Assembly (NCBI GenBank): GCA_016929435.1
Contig: JAFGIV010000022.1
Span: 26,918-90,917 of the forward strand
DNA from: Candidatus Uhrbacteria bacterium
Lineage (GTDB): Bacteria; Patescibacteriota; Patescibacteriia; SG8-24
Direction of reading: 5' to 3'
DNA length: 64,000 nucleotides
Part shown: in pieces, positions 43,997-54,741 of the stretch
Position numbering within the stretch: position 1 is the first letter of the stretch
Layout: every line of letters starts with the position of its first letter
Notes under the pieces: model-generated
The model's database searches: none
What the model was told of the DNA's origin: nothing
What the model saw: the letters and a program-made list of their open reading frames with translations, nothing else
Program-made: the position numbers and the translations under genes

Positions 43997-46570
43997 ATGG
44001 ACATACTCGATAAGTTCACCCAACACCTGAAGGACTGCCTGGCCCGGTCGTTTTCCCTGGCCGCGGAGATGGGCGATCCGGAAATCAACCCGGAACACCT
44101 GGTGCTTTCCCTGCTCCTCCTGCGGGGCTCCGTCGGGGGCGAGCTGCTCCGAAAGGCCAACCTGAGTCCGGAAGAGGTCCGGAGGATGCTCCGGCTGGCG
44201 AACGACCTGGCCCTCCGGGCGGATCCCGAACGGGCCGGCACCAAGATGCCGGATTCCGGCCCGCGGCTTTCCGACGAGTCCAAACGGACCATCGAAAAGG
44301 CGGTGCTCACGGCCAATACCCGCGGTCACCGCTATGTCGGCACGGAACACCTGCTGTCCGGACTTCTTCAGATCGATTCCCCGGCAGTGGAAGCCATCCT
44401 GACCGACCAGGACGTTTCCGCCTCCAGCCTTCGTGAGGAAACCGAAACCGTCCTTAAGGGCGCAAGCCGTTTCCCGGAAATCACGGGTTCCCAAGTCAGC
44501 GGCCAGGAAAGGGAAACGGCCCCGGATAAAAAAGATGAAACCCTTGGGGATGACGTCCCGGACGGACGGAGGGAGGGGAAAGGCGCCAACGCACTGGAAT
44601 TCTTTGCGGTAGAGCTGACCGACGAGAAGGCCCAAAAGAAGATCGATCCGGTCATCGGCAGGGACGGGGAAATCGAACGGATGGTACAGATACTCTGCCG
44701 ACGGACCAAGAACAACCCCGTTCTCCTCGGCGAACCGGGGGTCGGAAAAACGGCGATCGTCGAGGGGTTGGCCAAGAGGATTTTCGAGGGTAACGTTCCG
44801 GACATCCTCCGCGGCAAGCGGATATTCTCCCTGGACCTGGGCCTGATGGTCGCCGGCACCATCTATCGCGGCGAGTTCGAGGGGCGCGTCAAGCAGGTCG
44901 TGGATGAGGTGAAGGCCGACGCGGACATCATCGTCTTCATCGACGAGCTCCACAACATCACCGGGGCCGGATCCACCAACGGTTCCATGGACCTGGCCAA
45001 CATACTGAAACCGGCCCTGGCCCGCGGTGACCTGCGCTGCATCGGCGCCACCACCATCGCCGAATACAAGAAAAGCATCGAAAGCGACGGTGCCCTGGAA
45101 CGGCGGTTCCAGCCGATTGAGGTCAAGCAGCCGTCCCCGGAGGCGACCATCGGCATACTCAAGGGCCTGCGCCCGCATTACGAAAGGTGGCACGGGGTAA
45201 AGATCAGCGACGAGGCCATCGAGGCGGCCGTAACGCTTTCGGACCGTTACCTGACCGACCGGTTCCTCCCGGACAAGGCCATTGACCTCATCGATGAGGC
45301 CTCGGCCTGCCTGCGGGTCAGGGACAGCCGGACGGAAGGCAAATCCCGGGACAGCGACATCGAAAAACGGATGCGGGAGCTTGCTTCCCAAAAACAGCGT
45401 CTGGTGGCCGCGGAAAACTTCATCGAGGCCCTTAAGCTGAAGGCAAGGGAGCGGGAACTGTCGGAAATGCGGGAAGACGGGGGAAGTACGGAAAAGGAGG
45501 GGCAAAAGGCCTGCATCGGAACCATCGGCCGGCCCGAAGTGGCGGCGGTGATTTCCCGGGCCACCGGCATTCCCCTATCCGATTTGGTGCGGGAGGAACG
45601 GCAGCGGGCCCTGGAGCTGGAGAGCCTGATCGGCAAAAGAATCATCGGGCAGGACGAGACCGTAACCGCCATCGCCGAAATGGTCCGTCGGGCAAAATCC
45701 GGCATATCCGACCCGGACCGTCCGTTGGCCTCCTTCCTGTTCGTCGGCCCGTCGGGGGTGGGAAAGACCGAACTGGCCAAGGTCCTGGCGGAAACGGTCT
45801 TCAGCGATCCGGAAGCCCTGATCCGGCTGGACATGTCGGAATTTGCCGAGGGCTTCAACATCTCAAAGCTGATCGGCGCTCCGGCCGGATACGTCGGATA
45901 CCGAGACCGAACCAAGCTGACTGACGCCATCAAGCGCAAGCCGCACGCCGTTGTCCTGTTCGACGAGATAGAAAAGGCACATGACGAGGTCCTTAACCTC
46001 CTTCTCCAGGTCCTGGAGGACGGGGTCCTGACCGATGCCACCGGCCGGCAGGTCAATTTCCGGAACTCAATAATCATCATGACGTCCAACGCCGGTTCCG
46101 GGCAGCTGATACGGGAAGACATCGGATTCAGCCCAAAGGTTGACGGGGAAATCAGCCGTCAGGATACCGAGGACGCCAAGGCATCGGTGTTGAGGGAAAT
46201 GGAGGGCCAATTCCGACCGGAATTCCTCAACCGCATCGACCGCATCGCCGTATTCCAGCCCCTTTCCGGAAAGGACCTCGACCGAATCGCCCGGCTCCAG
46301 CTCGGTGAGCTTACCGACCGCATCGGGAAAGACTACGGCATAAGGATATCCTTTGCCCAAAAGGTATCCGAAACGATTGCCGAAAGGAGCTGGGATCCCC
46401 GATACGGGGCCCGAAACATCCGACGGCAAATCCAGGAGATGGTGGAAACCCCCCTGGCCAAGGAGCTTCTGAACGAAAAGTTCCGCCGTGGCGACCGGGT
46501 AACCGCCGGGATAAGGGACGGTCACCTGTCGCTCTCAAGACAACGGACCCATGCCAAACCCAAAGCCTGA
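43997..46570 (+). CDS. clpC: Clp/Hsp100 AAA+ ATPase (ClpC-like, two AAA modules, Clp_N repeats)
   Basis: Clp_N repeats, AAA1 [18 protein letters not shown]2 [15 protein letters not shown]. Start set at the ATG MDILDKF; the ORF track uses an upstream GTG at 43967. Confidence 0.8.
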   Translation: MDILDKFTQHLKDCLARSFSLAAEMGDPEINPEHLVLSLLLLRGSVGGELLRKANLSPEEVRRMLRLANDLALRADPERAGTKMPDSGPRLSDESKRTIEKAVLTANTRGHRYVGTEHLLSGLLQIDSPAVEAILTDQDVSASSLREETETVLKGASRFPEITGSQVSGQERETAPDKKDETLGDDVPDGRREGKGANALEFFAVELTDEKAQKKIDPVIGRDGEIERMVQILCRRTKNNPVLLGEPGVGKTAIVEGLAKRIFEGNVPDILRGKRIFSLDLGLMVAGTIYRGEFEGRVKQVVDEVKADADIIVFIDELHNITGAGSTNGSMDLANILKPALARGDLRCIGATTIAEYKKSIESDGALERRFQPIEVKQPSPEATIGILKGLRPHYERWHGVKISDEAIEAAVTLSDRYLTDRFLPDKAIDLIDEASACLRVRDSRTEGKSRDSDIEKRMRELASQKQRLVAAENFIEALKLKARERELSEMREDGGSTEKEGQKACIGTIGRPEVAAVISRATGIPLSDLVREERQRALELESLIGKRIIGQDETVTAIAEMVRRAKSGISDPDRPLASFLFVGPSGVGKTELAKVLAETVFSDPEALIRLDMSEFAEGFNISKLIGAPAGYVGYRDRTKLTDAIKRKPHAVVLFDEIEKAHDEVLNLLLQVLEDGVLTDATGRQVNFRNSIIIMTSNAGSGQLIREDIGFSPKVDGEISRQDTEDAKASVLREMEGQFRPEFLNRIDRIAVFQPLSGKDLDRIARLQLGELTDRIGKDYGIRISFAQKVSETIAERSWDPRYGARNIRRQIQEMVETPLAKELLNEKFRRGDRVTAGIRDGHLSLSRQRTHAKPKA

Positions 46571-47177
46571 AAACGTTTCGGAAACGGAAAGGCAGGCCAA
46601 TCGGCTGGAGAGGGCGCGGTTGGCCATGATCCGGACCGGGCAGGAAGGGTTGGCCGTTCCGGACCGCATTTCCTCCGCGGCAGCCGCCGAACCGCTGCCG
46701 CAGGCATACGGCCCCGAAGCCCGTCTCCGAACGGACCGGATTGCCAGACAGTCGTCCGATGGGGAAGAACCTCTGGAACCGGAAACAGGGGAAGGCGACA
46801 GGGAACCGAACGGAAATCCGGACGAAGAGCCGATGGACATTCCATTCGAAAAGGGCGACGAGAAGAACGGTTTGGCCCAACTCCGATGGCGAAAGGTGTT
46901 TTGGGTCAATGCCCTCTACGGATTCTGGTTCTTCCTCCCTCTCCTCACGGTATTTTTCCATAAGCTGGCTACGGATCACGTTATCCTGTCCGCCGTAAAG
47001 ATAAGGCACCTCCGTTACCTGCTGCTGGCCGAATGGATCGCCATTTCCGTCATGATCGCCTTGGTCGGAATGGTATACCTGGCCGTTATCGCAATCCTGG
47101 TGCTGATCGTCCATTGCGCAACCTCGCCCATAGAGTGCGTCACCCAGGGACTTAACTCCTTTTTCGGGCAACAATAG
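46551..47177 (+). CDS. hypothetical membrane protein with disordered N-terminus
   Basis: C-terminal TM helices; overlaps the clpC end by 20 nt. Confidence 0.4.
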   Translation: MPNPKPENVSETERQANRLERARLAMIRTGQEGLAVPDRISSAAAAEPLPQAYGPEARLRTDRIARQSSDGEEPLEPETGEGDREPNGNPDEEPMDIPFEKGDEKNGLAQLRWRKVFWVNALYGFWFFLPLLTVFFHKLATDHVILSAVKIRHLRYLLLAEWIAISVMIALVGMVYLAVIAILVLIVHCATSPIECVTQGLNSFFGQQ

Positions 47178-47188
47178 CCAAAAAAAAT

Positions 47189-48409
47189 ATGACTGAAAAA
47201 ACCAGGAAACTGCTCGTCCTGCTGATGATGTTCGCCGTGGTCGCCGCCGTCGGCCTTGCCCTCTGGTACCTCTTTTTCCGGGGAACGCCGCCCGCCTTAC
47301 GGCCGAGCGGGGAAGGGCCGGCCGTTGAGGTGCCTCCCGGCGGACTCCAACCGTCCCAAACCGGCGAACCGACCGTCATCGAACCGACCGTTCCGGGGGG
47401 CCTGCCGCCCGGCGTATCCGACATCGCCCAGGGCGGCCTGACGGCCGTATCCCTGGCCGTCCCGGACCGGACGTCCGGTGCCTCCATGGACGGTTCTGGA
47501 AACGTCAGCTTCTACAACCGCAACGACGGCCGTTTCTACCGTTTGGACGGTGACGGCAATCCCGTTTCCCTTTCCGGACAGCAGTTCTACAACGTCGATT
47601 CCGTCACCTTCGACCCCAAAGGCTCCAAGGCGATAATCGAATATCCGGACGGGTCGAACATCTTCTATGACTTCGACGTGAACCGCCAGGTCACCCTACC
47701 GAAACACTGGGAGGGTTTCGATTTCAGTCCGGACGGCGAAAGGATAGTCGCCAAGAGCCTGGGCCTGGACGCAAGCAACCGGTACCTGGTGATATCCAAC
47801 CCGGACGGCGGCGGTGTCCGTCCTGTCCAGGAGCTGGGGGACAACGCCGGAAAGGTTACGGTCGCCTGGTCCCCCAACAACCAGGTGGTGGCCATGGCCG
47901 AAACCGGACAGAGCTTTGGGGTAGATTCCCACGAGATATACCTGATCGGACAGAACAACGAGAACTTCAAGTCCCTCAAGGTGGAGGGGGTGGATTTCCG
48001 GCCCCTCTGGTCCCCGGACGGGGAACGGATCCTGTATAGCGTGGCCGGATCGACCAACGACTACCGTCCCCAGCTCTGGGTCACGGACGGTTCCGGGGAC
48101 AACATCGGCAACAACCGCCGCAGCCTGAACGTCGAAACTTGGGCCGACAAGTGCACTTTCGTCGATTCCGGCACCCTCTATTGCGGCATACCGAACCGCC
48201 TGGAGGACGGCTGGGGGCTGCAGCCGTCCCTGGCCGCCGGCATATCGGACACCATATACAGGATCGACGTCAACACCGGCGCCAGGACGCGGATCGCCAC
48301 CCCCGAGGGGTCCCACACCATCGGCAGCATCATGGTCTCCCCGGACGGCCGGTGGCTATACTTCACGGACAGCGGCTCCGGGTTTCTCAACCGGATCCAA
48401 CTGAAATAG
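47189..48409 (+). CDS. membrane-anchored TolB-like beta-propeller (PD40 repeat) protein
   Basis: N-terminal TM helix and repeated SPDG/WSPDGERI blades. Confidence 0.6.
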   Translation: MTEKTRKLLVLLMMFAVVAAVGLALWYLFFRGTPPALRPSGEGPAVEVPPGGLQPSQTGEPTVIEPTVPGGLPPGVSDIAQGGLTAVSLAVPDRTSGASMDGSGNVSFYNRNDGRFYRLDGDGNPVSLSGQQFYNVDSVTFDPKGSKAIIEYPDGSNIFYDFDVNRQVTLPKHWEGFDFSPDGERIVAKSLGLDASNRYLVISNPDGGGVRPVQELGDNAGKVTVAWSPNNQVVAMAETGQSFGVDSHEIYLIGQNNENFKSLKVEGVDFRPLWSPDGERILYSVAGSTNDYRPQLWVTDGSGDNIGNNRRSLNVETWADKCTFVDSGTLYCGIPNRLEDGWGLQPSLAAGISDTIYRIDVNTGARTRIATPEGSHTIGSIMVSPDGRWLYFTDSGSGFLNRIQLK

Positions 48410-48422
48410 GGACGGAAAAAAT

Positions 48423-49112
48423 ATGCGAAAGGCCCCAATATTCCCCATCCTGACCGTCATGTTGGCCGTGGCCGTACTGGCCATCCACTACCTTTCGGTT
48501 CGGATGATCGATACGAAAGGTTCCGAAACGAATCCGGATGTCGGTTCCCCTACTCCGCTGGAGATGCCGACGATCGTCTTCGGCAACCCGATGGTCGGAA
48601 ACAACTCCGCCAGGGTGACGATCGTGGAATTCAGCGATTACCTCTGCGGACCGTGCGGATCCCTGGACCAGACCCTAACACGGCTGGCCGGCGAGTATCC
48701 GAACGACGTCCGGTTGGTCTGGAAGGATTTCCCGAACGAGAAGAGCCATCCCGGATCGGTTGAGGCGGCCATGGCCGCCCGCTGTGCCGCCGATCAGGGG
48801 GCCTTTTGGGAATATCACCGGGCGATCTTCAGCGACCAGACCGGCCTGAATACGGACGGTTACGTCCAGATCGCCGATTCCCTTGGCCTGGACACCGAAA
48901 AGTTCCGGAACTGCCAGGAAAACCGGCTGTCCGAACCGCTGGTCAGGCGGGACCTGGAGGAAGCCCTCCGGCTTCGCCTTGATGCCACCCCCTACATCTT
49001 CGTGAACGACCGGAGACTCTCCGGCGCCCTGAGCTACGAGATACTGAAGAGCATCGTGGACGGGGAGATCAGCGAATCGCTGCGGACCGAAAACGCCCCC
49101 TCCGGCCTATGA
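48423..49112 (+). CDS. DsbA-like thiol:disulfide oxidoreductase (thioredoxin fold)
   Basis: N-terminal TM helix plus a CGPC active site. Confidence 0.65.
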   Translation: MRKAPIFPILTVMLAVAVLAIHYLSVRMIDTKGSETNPDVGSPTPLEMPTIVFGNPMVGNNSARVTIVEFSDYLCGPCGSLDQTLTRLAGEYPNDVRLVWKDFPNEKSHPGSVEAAMAARCAADQGAFWEYHRAIFSDQTGLNTDGYVQIADSLGLDTEKFRNCQENRLSEPLVRRDLEEALRLRLDATPYIFVNDRRLSGALSYEILKSIVDGEISESLRTENAPSGL

Positions 49113-50275
49113 CAAAAACCCTCAAGAAAACGGCGGTCATCGCGCTGGCCACGGCGGCCATCGTCTGGCTGGCGGCCCTTTCCCCCACCCCTCCGGCCCT
49201 GGCCCAATCCGGTGACAAGAACTTCCTGGAACGGGCCGTCGATGCGGTCACTCCGGGGGACGTCAAGCCGAGGCTGACGGTCGATATCCCGACGGTCAAA
49301 TTCTCCGACGTCATCGTCCATGATGACCGGATCGACATCCCCTGGCTGGCCGAGTACATCTCCGGCCTATACAAGTATGCCCTGGGGATCGGTTCGCTGC
49401 TGGCGGCGGTGATGATGGTGATCGGCGGGTTCATCTACCTGACGGCCGGGGATTCCAGACGGACCGGACAGGCTAAGGAGATGATCACGGACTCTATCCT
49501 GGGCCTCAGTGTCCTCATCGGATCGTATGTCCTCCTGAACGCCGTCAACCCGGACCTGACCAGACTGGACGCACTACAGATAGTCAATGTCAATCCGGAA
49601 AAATTCATCGTGGAAAATCCCGGGGGGATGGATGAGGGAACCGATCCGGATCCCAATGTCGACTACAGCGGAAAACCCGTCCCCACCAAAGGAACGGCTC
49701 CATCCGGTTCGGATATCTACGATGACATCTTCAAGCGATATGCCGGTTGTGCCGGTGTGGATTGGCGGGTTCTAAAGGCGGTCGCAAAGAAAGAAAGCGC
49801 CTTTCGATCCGATCTGGTAAACAAATTCGGCTTCATCGGCCTTTTCCAGACAAAGCCCAGTTTCTGTTCGCTCAAGCGTTACGGTCGGGCCGAAGACTGC
49901 ACTTACGAAAAATTGGCTGATCCGGAAATAAATACCGCATCAGCCGCCGGTGGCCAGCTTAAGAACGCCACCAACACGATTAGGACCAAATGTCCGAACA
50001 TCAAAGATACCGACACTTTCGTCATGCTGATGTATTTCGGACACAACAGCGGCAACGGTGCCCTGAAATCCGTACTTGACGATGTCGGATGCAACGGAAC
50101 AAGAGAGGACTATTACGAGGGCGGAAAAAACTTCTGGATGAAACAGGCGGAAAGAAAGGGGACGGAACCAATTCACAATTATGACAAACGGATGCAATAC
50201 GCATCGAAAGTGGCCGATGCGGCAAAAAGCTACGGGGTGACGGAACCGATCGTACCTGGACCGTGTCCACTATAG
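49109..50275 (+). CDS. membrane-anchored lytic transglycosylase (SLT-domain) protein
   Basis: Signal peptide, two closely spaced TM helices, then AKKESAFRSDLVNKFGFIGLFQ (catalytic ES...G-[LF]-Q motif of the SLT family). Confidence 0.5.
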   Translation: MTKTLKKTAVIALATAAIVWLAALSPTPPALAQSGDKNFLERAVDAVTPGDVKPRLTVDIPTVKFSDVIVHDDRIDIPWLAEYISGLYKYALGIGSLLAAVMMVIGGFIYLTAGDSRRTGQAKEMITDSILGLSVLIGSYVLLNAVNPDLTRLDALQIVNVNPEKFIVENPGGMDEGTDPDPNVDYSGKPVPTKGTAPSGSDIYDDIFKRYAGCAGVDWRVLKAVAKKESAFRSDLVNKFGFIGLFQTKPSFCSLKRYGRAEDCTYEKLADPEINTASAAGGQLKNATNTIRTKCPNIKDTDTFVMLMYFGHNSGNGALKSVLDDVGCNGTREDYYEGGKNFWMKQAERKGTEPIHNYDKRMQYASKVADAAKSYGVTEPIVPGPCPL

Positions 50276-50310
50276 GAAAAAGGACCCGAGCCGAGCTCGG
50301 GTCTTTTGTT
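50276..50310. terminator. bidirectional rho-independent terminator between convergent genes
   Basis: Perfect 9-bp stem gacccgagc/gctcgggtc, flanked by A5 upstream and TTTTGTT downstream. Confidence 0.6.
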
Positions 50311-50711
50311 CAGAAATCGCACAGCAGCATGTTCGACAGGCCGATACGGAATCCCCGAACCGTCGCCAATTCCTCCTTCGGGACCGAATCCGTCCCGACC
50401 CGGTCGATCGCCGCCTCAATCCTCCGAAAGGCGGCTTGGGCCAATTCAATGGCCTGATCCCGGTCAATCCTCGTCCTGCGGAAAAATTTCGGATGGAACA
50501 GGATCAGGCAGCTGCCCTTTCCCCCATCCAGGTTCTCGGCGAAATTGCCCATCTCCCCCAGCAGCCGCAGGAAAGCGGTGGTCCGGTCCCTGTTCCCCAG
50601 TATGCAGCGGCGATGGGCGATCTTCTGTCCGTGGCGGACACACCCCCCCGAATTTCCCATCGGAACGGCGATGTTGCATAAGGTACAGTATTCCGTTGTT
50701 GTTTTTTTCAT
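50310..50711 (-). CDS. hypothetical protein with N-terminal CxxC...C...C cluster
   Basis: 133-aa ORF; AT-rich upstream region carrying a direct repeat. Confidence 0.4.
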   Translation of the reverse strand: MKKTTTEYCTLCNIAVPMGNSGGCVRHGQKIAHRRCILGNRDRTTAFLRLLGEMGNFAENLDGGKGSCLILFHPKFFRRTRIDRDQAIELAQAAFRRIEAAIDRVGTDSVPKEELATVRGFRIGLSNMLLCDF

Positions 50712-50839
50712 TCCCTATCCTCTTTCTTTTTTCGATTATTTTTCCCCAGCCGGTGCACCGCTGGGGCCCGCCCCTACCATGTCATTTTATATCCGTGGTT
50801 ATTTTATATCCGTATTTTTTACCGTCTAAATGCTGAAAT

Positions 50840-51283
50840 TCAACTTTTTTCCCTTGGTTCGGTGATGTTCGGTTCGCCTCCGTAGGCAGCCCGGATCCAT
50901 TCCCCGGGTTTGGCGGCCAGGGCCGCCGATCGAATTGATTCAGCCAGTCCCTTCCGATCCTCCCGGCCGCTGGTCTCCAGGGCGGCTACCGGCACGCCCC
51001 AGGCAAAAGCCAGGCCGTTCGCCAGGGCCACGGCTGTCCGGCCCATGCTCCATGAAGCCCTAAAATCCGGATTGTCTCCGGCCAATTGTCCGCAAACCAC
51101 GGCTAGGGGCCTTTCCTCCCCGAACCGCTCCAGTATCACGGACAGGCCAGGGAAAGGGTTCCGGTCAGCGGAAAATTCCATCCATTCGGCCGCCTGACCG
51201 CCGACAAGCCCGAAAACCGATCCCTGATCGCCTATCTGGAGGAACAGGACCATATCACCCCGAAACCTCGCTGATGGTGTCAA
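50840..51283 (-). CDS. tsaB: TsaB/YeaZ-like (inactive Kae1 homolog) N-terminal domain protein
   Basis: GRTAVALANGLAFAWGVPVAALETS resembles the TsaB dimer-interface region; short at 147 aa. Confidence 0.45.
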   Translation of the reverse strand: MTPSARFRGDMVLFLQIGDQGSVFGLVGGQAAEWMEFSADRNPFPGLSVILERFGEERPLAVVCGQLAGDNPDFRASWSMGRTAVALANGLAFAWGVPVAALETSGREDRKGLAESIRSAALAAKPGEWIRAAYGGEPNITEPREKS

Positions 51284-51914
51284 TGACGGTCAGCTTCTTG
51301 GATTCCAGGATGCTGTACAGGAACCGGTCGGTGACATCCTTGCGGTAACGGAACTCCTGGGGGGTCATGACCGTATAGTTGACTTCCTTCCCTATCTCCT
51401 TCTCGAAAGACCGTATCATCGGGGCCAACCGCTCCCGCTTGACCCGCCCGACGATCAGCATGTCCGTCGGGGATTCCTTTTCCCCGGTGAACGTTCCGGT
51501 CAGGACCAGGTAGGAAATGCTGCCGACAGACGCCAGGCGGCGGACAAAATCCTTTTCCATCAGAACCCGGGACTTGGTGAACAGGGCCAACAGCTCCGGA
51601 TATACCAGGGAATCGGCATTCAGACGAAAGTATTTCCGCTGCCCGGAAGATTGCCGCTTGGGCCTTTCCTTTCCGGTTTTGGCCCCGTCACCATCGAATG
51701 ACAGTCCCTCTGACTCCGGATCATCCACCTCCACCACCAATTCCATGTCCTGAAGGTTCTTCAGTTCCGTTCGGACGGCGTTTATTTGGGCCCCAACACG
51801 GCGGGTCAGCTCCCGAACGAAATAGGCCTCTTTCGGGTTATGCAAAAAGAGCCTAAGGAGACGGACTCGGGTTTTCGAACCAAACAGCTGTTCAAGCATC
51901 TTAAATTTATCCAA
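51255..51914 (-). CDS. winged-helix DNA-binding protein, hypothetical regulator
   Basis: N-terminal wHTH-like TRVRLLRLFLHNPKEAYFVRELTRRVGAQINAVRTELKNLQDMELV. Confidence 0.4.
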   Translation of the reverse strand: MDKFKMLEQLFGSKTRVRLLRLFLHNPKEAYFVRELTRRVGAQINAVRTELKNLQDMELVVEVDDPESEGLSFDGDGAKTGKERPKRQSSGQRKYFRLNADSLVYPELLALFTKSRVLMEKDFVRRLASVGSISYLVLTGTFTGEKESPTDMLIVGRVKRERLAPMIRSFEKEIGKEVNYTVMTPQEFRYRKDVTDRFLYSILESKKLTVIDTISEVSG

Positions 51915-51980
51915 AAACCAAAAAGACGGGAGTGGGGGGGAATCAGGCCTTATTCTTGCCTTCCGCTGGATGTAGTATAA

Positions 51981-54245
51981 TTGCCCAAGGGGAAGCGGTC
52001 AACATCAGACCGCCAACAGCACCAAAACATGGCCGCGCCAGGAAACCGAATTTTCGGGATGACCCAGTCCCCAAACCGGAATTCCCGAATCTGCACCAGA
52101 ATGATCAGGATAGACCTTTCCGAAACCGCCCAAAAGCGGATCGGGGACGTTTTCGGTATCCTGAAGGCGGAAGCGTCGGAACGAAACTGCGATGCCCTAA
52201 CGGCCCACATCGAGGATGCCCTGGTTAGGGGGGTCTTCGATTCCCTGCGGAAACTGCCGAAGGATGCCCCCCAAGAGTCCGTCCTGGAATCGTCCGTATC
52301 CAAGGTCAACGACGCCCTGTTCCGCCTGCTTGGGGAGGACGGACTTTCCCTTGGTCCGGAAACGATCAGCGGGGCGATCATCTCCCAGAAAGGCCGGGAC
52401 ATCAGCATGGCCGTGTGGGGCCGCCCCTCCCTGCTGCTTTTCCACCCCACCCCATCCGGACAGTCCCGGATATACGACCTGACCGAGGATGGCGGGCGGT
52501 CCGAACCCCCGGGGCACGGATTTTCCCAGATTATTTCAGGGCGGATGACCGCCCATGACCGGTTCCTGGTCTCGAGCGATGACCTGCGTAATCCGATCGG
52601 CGACGTCAACCTTTCCCCCCTGGTTCTCCAAACCACCCCGGAAACGGCGGTCGAGGCCATCCGAAAGGCCCTGAACGGGATGCGTTCCGGATTCCCCGTC
52701 AGTCTCTTCGTCAGTGACGGGTCCACGGTCCCGTCGGCAAGCGTCCGGGACGTTCCGGTTCCCAGGGACCAAAAGGCGAAAAGCCATCCCGAAAACGTCC
52801 GGTCAATAGAGCGGCTGATCGCCACCGAATCGCAGACATCCGAAATCATGTCCCCGCCGATAATGCGGTCCATGGTCCGGAAGCTGGCCGGCGCCCTTAC
52901 GGCCGTCTCTGGCGGTCTTTCGGAAAAAATCCAGAAATGGAGGGAAGGGCGGGCCGAAATGAACATCGCACCCGGCATTCAGGCGGGGATCCAGGATCAG
53001 CCGCTTGAATCGACCGACAAAATCCCGCAAAAGACGGAAGGGGAACGCCCGCCGTTGGCCGACGACACGGATGGCGGCCAGAAAGACCCTGACGGGGAAG
53101 ACCGCGATTCCGGCCTGTCCAACCTTACCGAAGCCGTCAACGGGCTTTCGAGATCCGGAAAGGCCCTGCTTATCCTCGTATTGGCGGGACTGTCGGCCAT
53201 AAACCTGAGCGGACTGGTTATCGACTGGCACGGGAAACGGATGGCGGCGATCAGGGATTACGAGGCTGCCGTCAGGCAAATTGAGCAGGAGATCGATTCG
53301 GCTGACGCCAGCCTGATCTACCGCGACTACAGCCGAGCCGGGGAAATTCTCGATCGGGCCGAGACAATGGCCGCTGCCCTGCAGGAAGGCGACCAAAGGC
53401 GGTCGGAAACCAAAAAACGCCTGACGGCAGCCGTTGGGGAAAGACGGGAAATGGCCAACCGGATCGTCCGCCTTCCCGAACCGGAAATAATCGCCAGCCT
53501 AAACGGGACAGACGGCCCGGTGGCCCTGAAACGGCTGGCCGAATCGGGAAACCGCATCTATGCCGCCGCTGACGACGGTCAAATCGTCAACGTCAACCCG
53601 ACCGGGGGGCTGAACGAGGCGTCCAAGACCGATGGCCTTCCAACGCTTTTCCTAACCGACGGCAGCCGACTTCTGGCTGCCGAAACGGACGGCCAGCTCC
53701 TCATCGTTTCCCCTGACGGGAAGACCGGCACCGGCCGCATCTCCTGGGGCAAGGAAACGGTTCACCCGACCGATGCCGTCACCTGGGGATCCAGGCTCTA
53801 TGTCCTGGACTCGCCGCATAACCGATTGTTGAGGCACCAGGCCACGGACAGCGGGTACGGCAACCCTCAATTTTACCTAAAGGACGGGACGGACGTATCC
53901 AGGGGAGTTTCCATTGCCGTGGACGGCAACCTTTACGTCCTCCAGGGAGACGGCCAGGTGACCAAGATTCGCCTGGGGGAAAGGCAGGACTTTGCCCTCT
54001 CCCCCGTCGAACCGGCCCTGACGAACGCCAAGCGCATCCGAACCTCGGAAAGCGACGGAAACCTCTGGCTGCTCGACACCGCCAACCGACGCCTGCTGGC
54101 CTTCAGCAAGGAAAGCGGGGAGCTGCAGGCCCAATACAGGCACGAAACCCTCGCCGAAACGGACGACTTCCTGGTCAATGAGGCCGAACGGAAAATTCTG
54201 GCCGCCAACGGCAACAGCGTATTGCGGTTTGAACTGCCGGAATAG
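51981..54245 (+). CDS. large hypothetical protein with central TM helix and C-terminal repeated beta-propeller-like blades
   Basis: Repeats ...RIYAAADDGQIVNV / RLLAAETDGQLLIVSPDG / RLYVLDSPHNRLL / NLYVLQGDGQV / NLWLLDTANRRLLAF. Start uncertain. Confidence 0.45.
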   Translation: MPKGKRSTSDRQQHQNMAAPGNRIFGMTQSPNRNSRICTRMIRIDLSETAQKRIGDVFGILKAEASERNCDALTAHIEDALVRGVFDSLRKLPKDAPQESVLESSVSKVNDALFRLLGEDGLSLGPETISGAIISQKGRDISMAVWGRPSLLLFHPTPSGQSRIYDLTEDGGRSEPPGHGFSQIISGRMTAHDRFLVSSDDLRNPIGDVNLSPLVLQTTPETAVEAIRKALNGMRSGFPVSLFVSDGSTVPSASVRDVPVPRDQKAKSHPENVRSIERLIATESQTSEIMSPPIMRSMVRKLAGALTAVSGGLSEKIQKWREGRAEMNIAPGIQAGIQDQPLESTDKIPQKTEGERPPLADDTDGGQKDPDGEDRDSGLSNLTEAVNGLSRSGKALLILVLAGLSAINLSGLVIDWHGKRMAAIRDYEAAVRQIEQEIDSADASLIYRDYSRAGEILDRAETMAAALQEGDQRRSETKKRLTAAVGERREMANRIVRLPEPEIIASLNGTDGPVALKRLAESGNRIYAAADDGQIVNVNPTGGLNEASKTDGLPTLFLTDGSRLLAAETDGQLLIVSPDGKTGTGRISWGKETVHPTDAVTWGSRLYVLDSPHNRLLRHQATDSGYGNPQFYLKDGTDVSRGVSIAVDGNLYVLQGDGQVTKIRLGERQDFALSPVEPALTNAKRIRTSESDGNLWLLDTANRRLLAFSKESGELQAQYRHETLAETDDFLVNEAERKILAANGNSVLRFELPE

Positions 54246-54315
54246 GCGCACATACCAAAACCCCGAGGCGTTTCCGCCTCGGGGTCTTTTTCTTCGATTC
54301 CGGAAGATACCGCCG

Positions 54316-54717
54316 TTATTTCAACGTCACCTTGGCGCCGGCCTCCTCCAGCTTCTTCTTCCACTCGTTGGCCTGATCCTTCCCGACACCCTCCTGAAGC
54401 ATCTTCGGGGCACCGTCCACCAGGTCCTTGGCGTCCTTCAGTCCCATCTGGGTGATTTCCCGGATGGCCTTAATGACGCCGATCTTGTTGGAGCCGCCTT
54501 CGGTCAGCTCGACATCGAAGGTGCTCTTCTCCTCAACGGCCTCAACGGCAGCCGGGGCGGCGGCCATGGCCATCATCGGGGCGGCGGCGGAAACGCCGAA
54601 CTTGTCCTCCAGGACCTTGACCAGCTCGGCCAGGTCCAGGACGGACATATTCCCAATGGTCTCGACCAGTTCCTTGAACTTGGCCGGAACCTCCACGTTC
54701 TTGTTTTCTTCTGACAT
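54316..54717 (-). CDS. rplL: 50S ribosomal protein L7/L12
   Basis: C-terminal [56 protein letters not shown]. Confidence 0.9.
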   Translation of the reverse strand: MSEENKNVEVPAKFKELVETIGNMSVLDLAELVKVLEDKFGVSAAAPMMAMAAAPAAVEAVEEKSTFDVELTEGGSNKIGVIKAIREITQMGLKDAKDLVDGAPKMLQEGVGKDQANEWKKKLEEAGAKVTLK

Positions 54718-54741
54718 AATTCTGGGTTTAACACGGATTAA

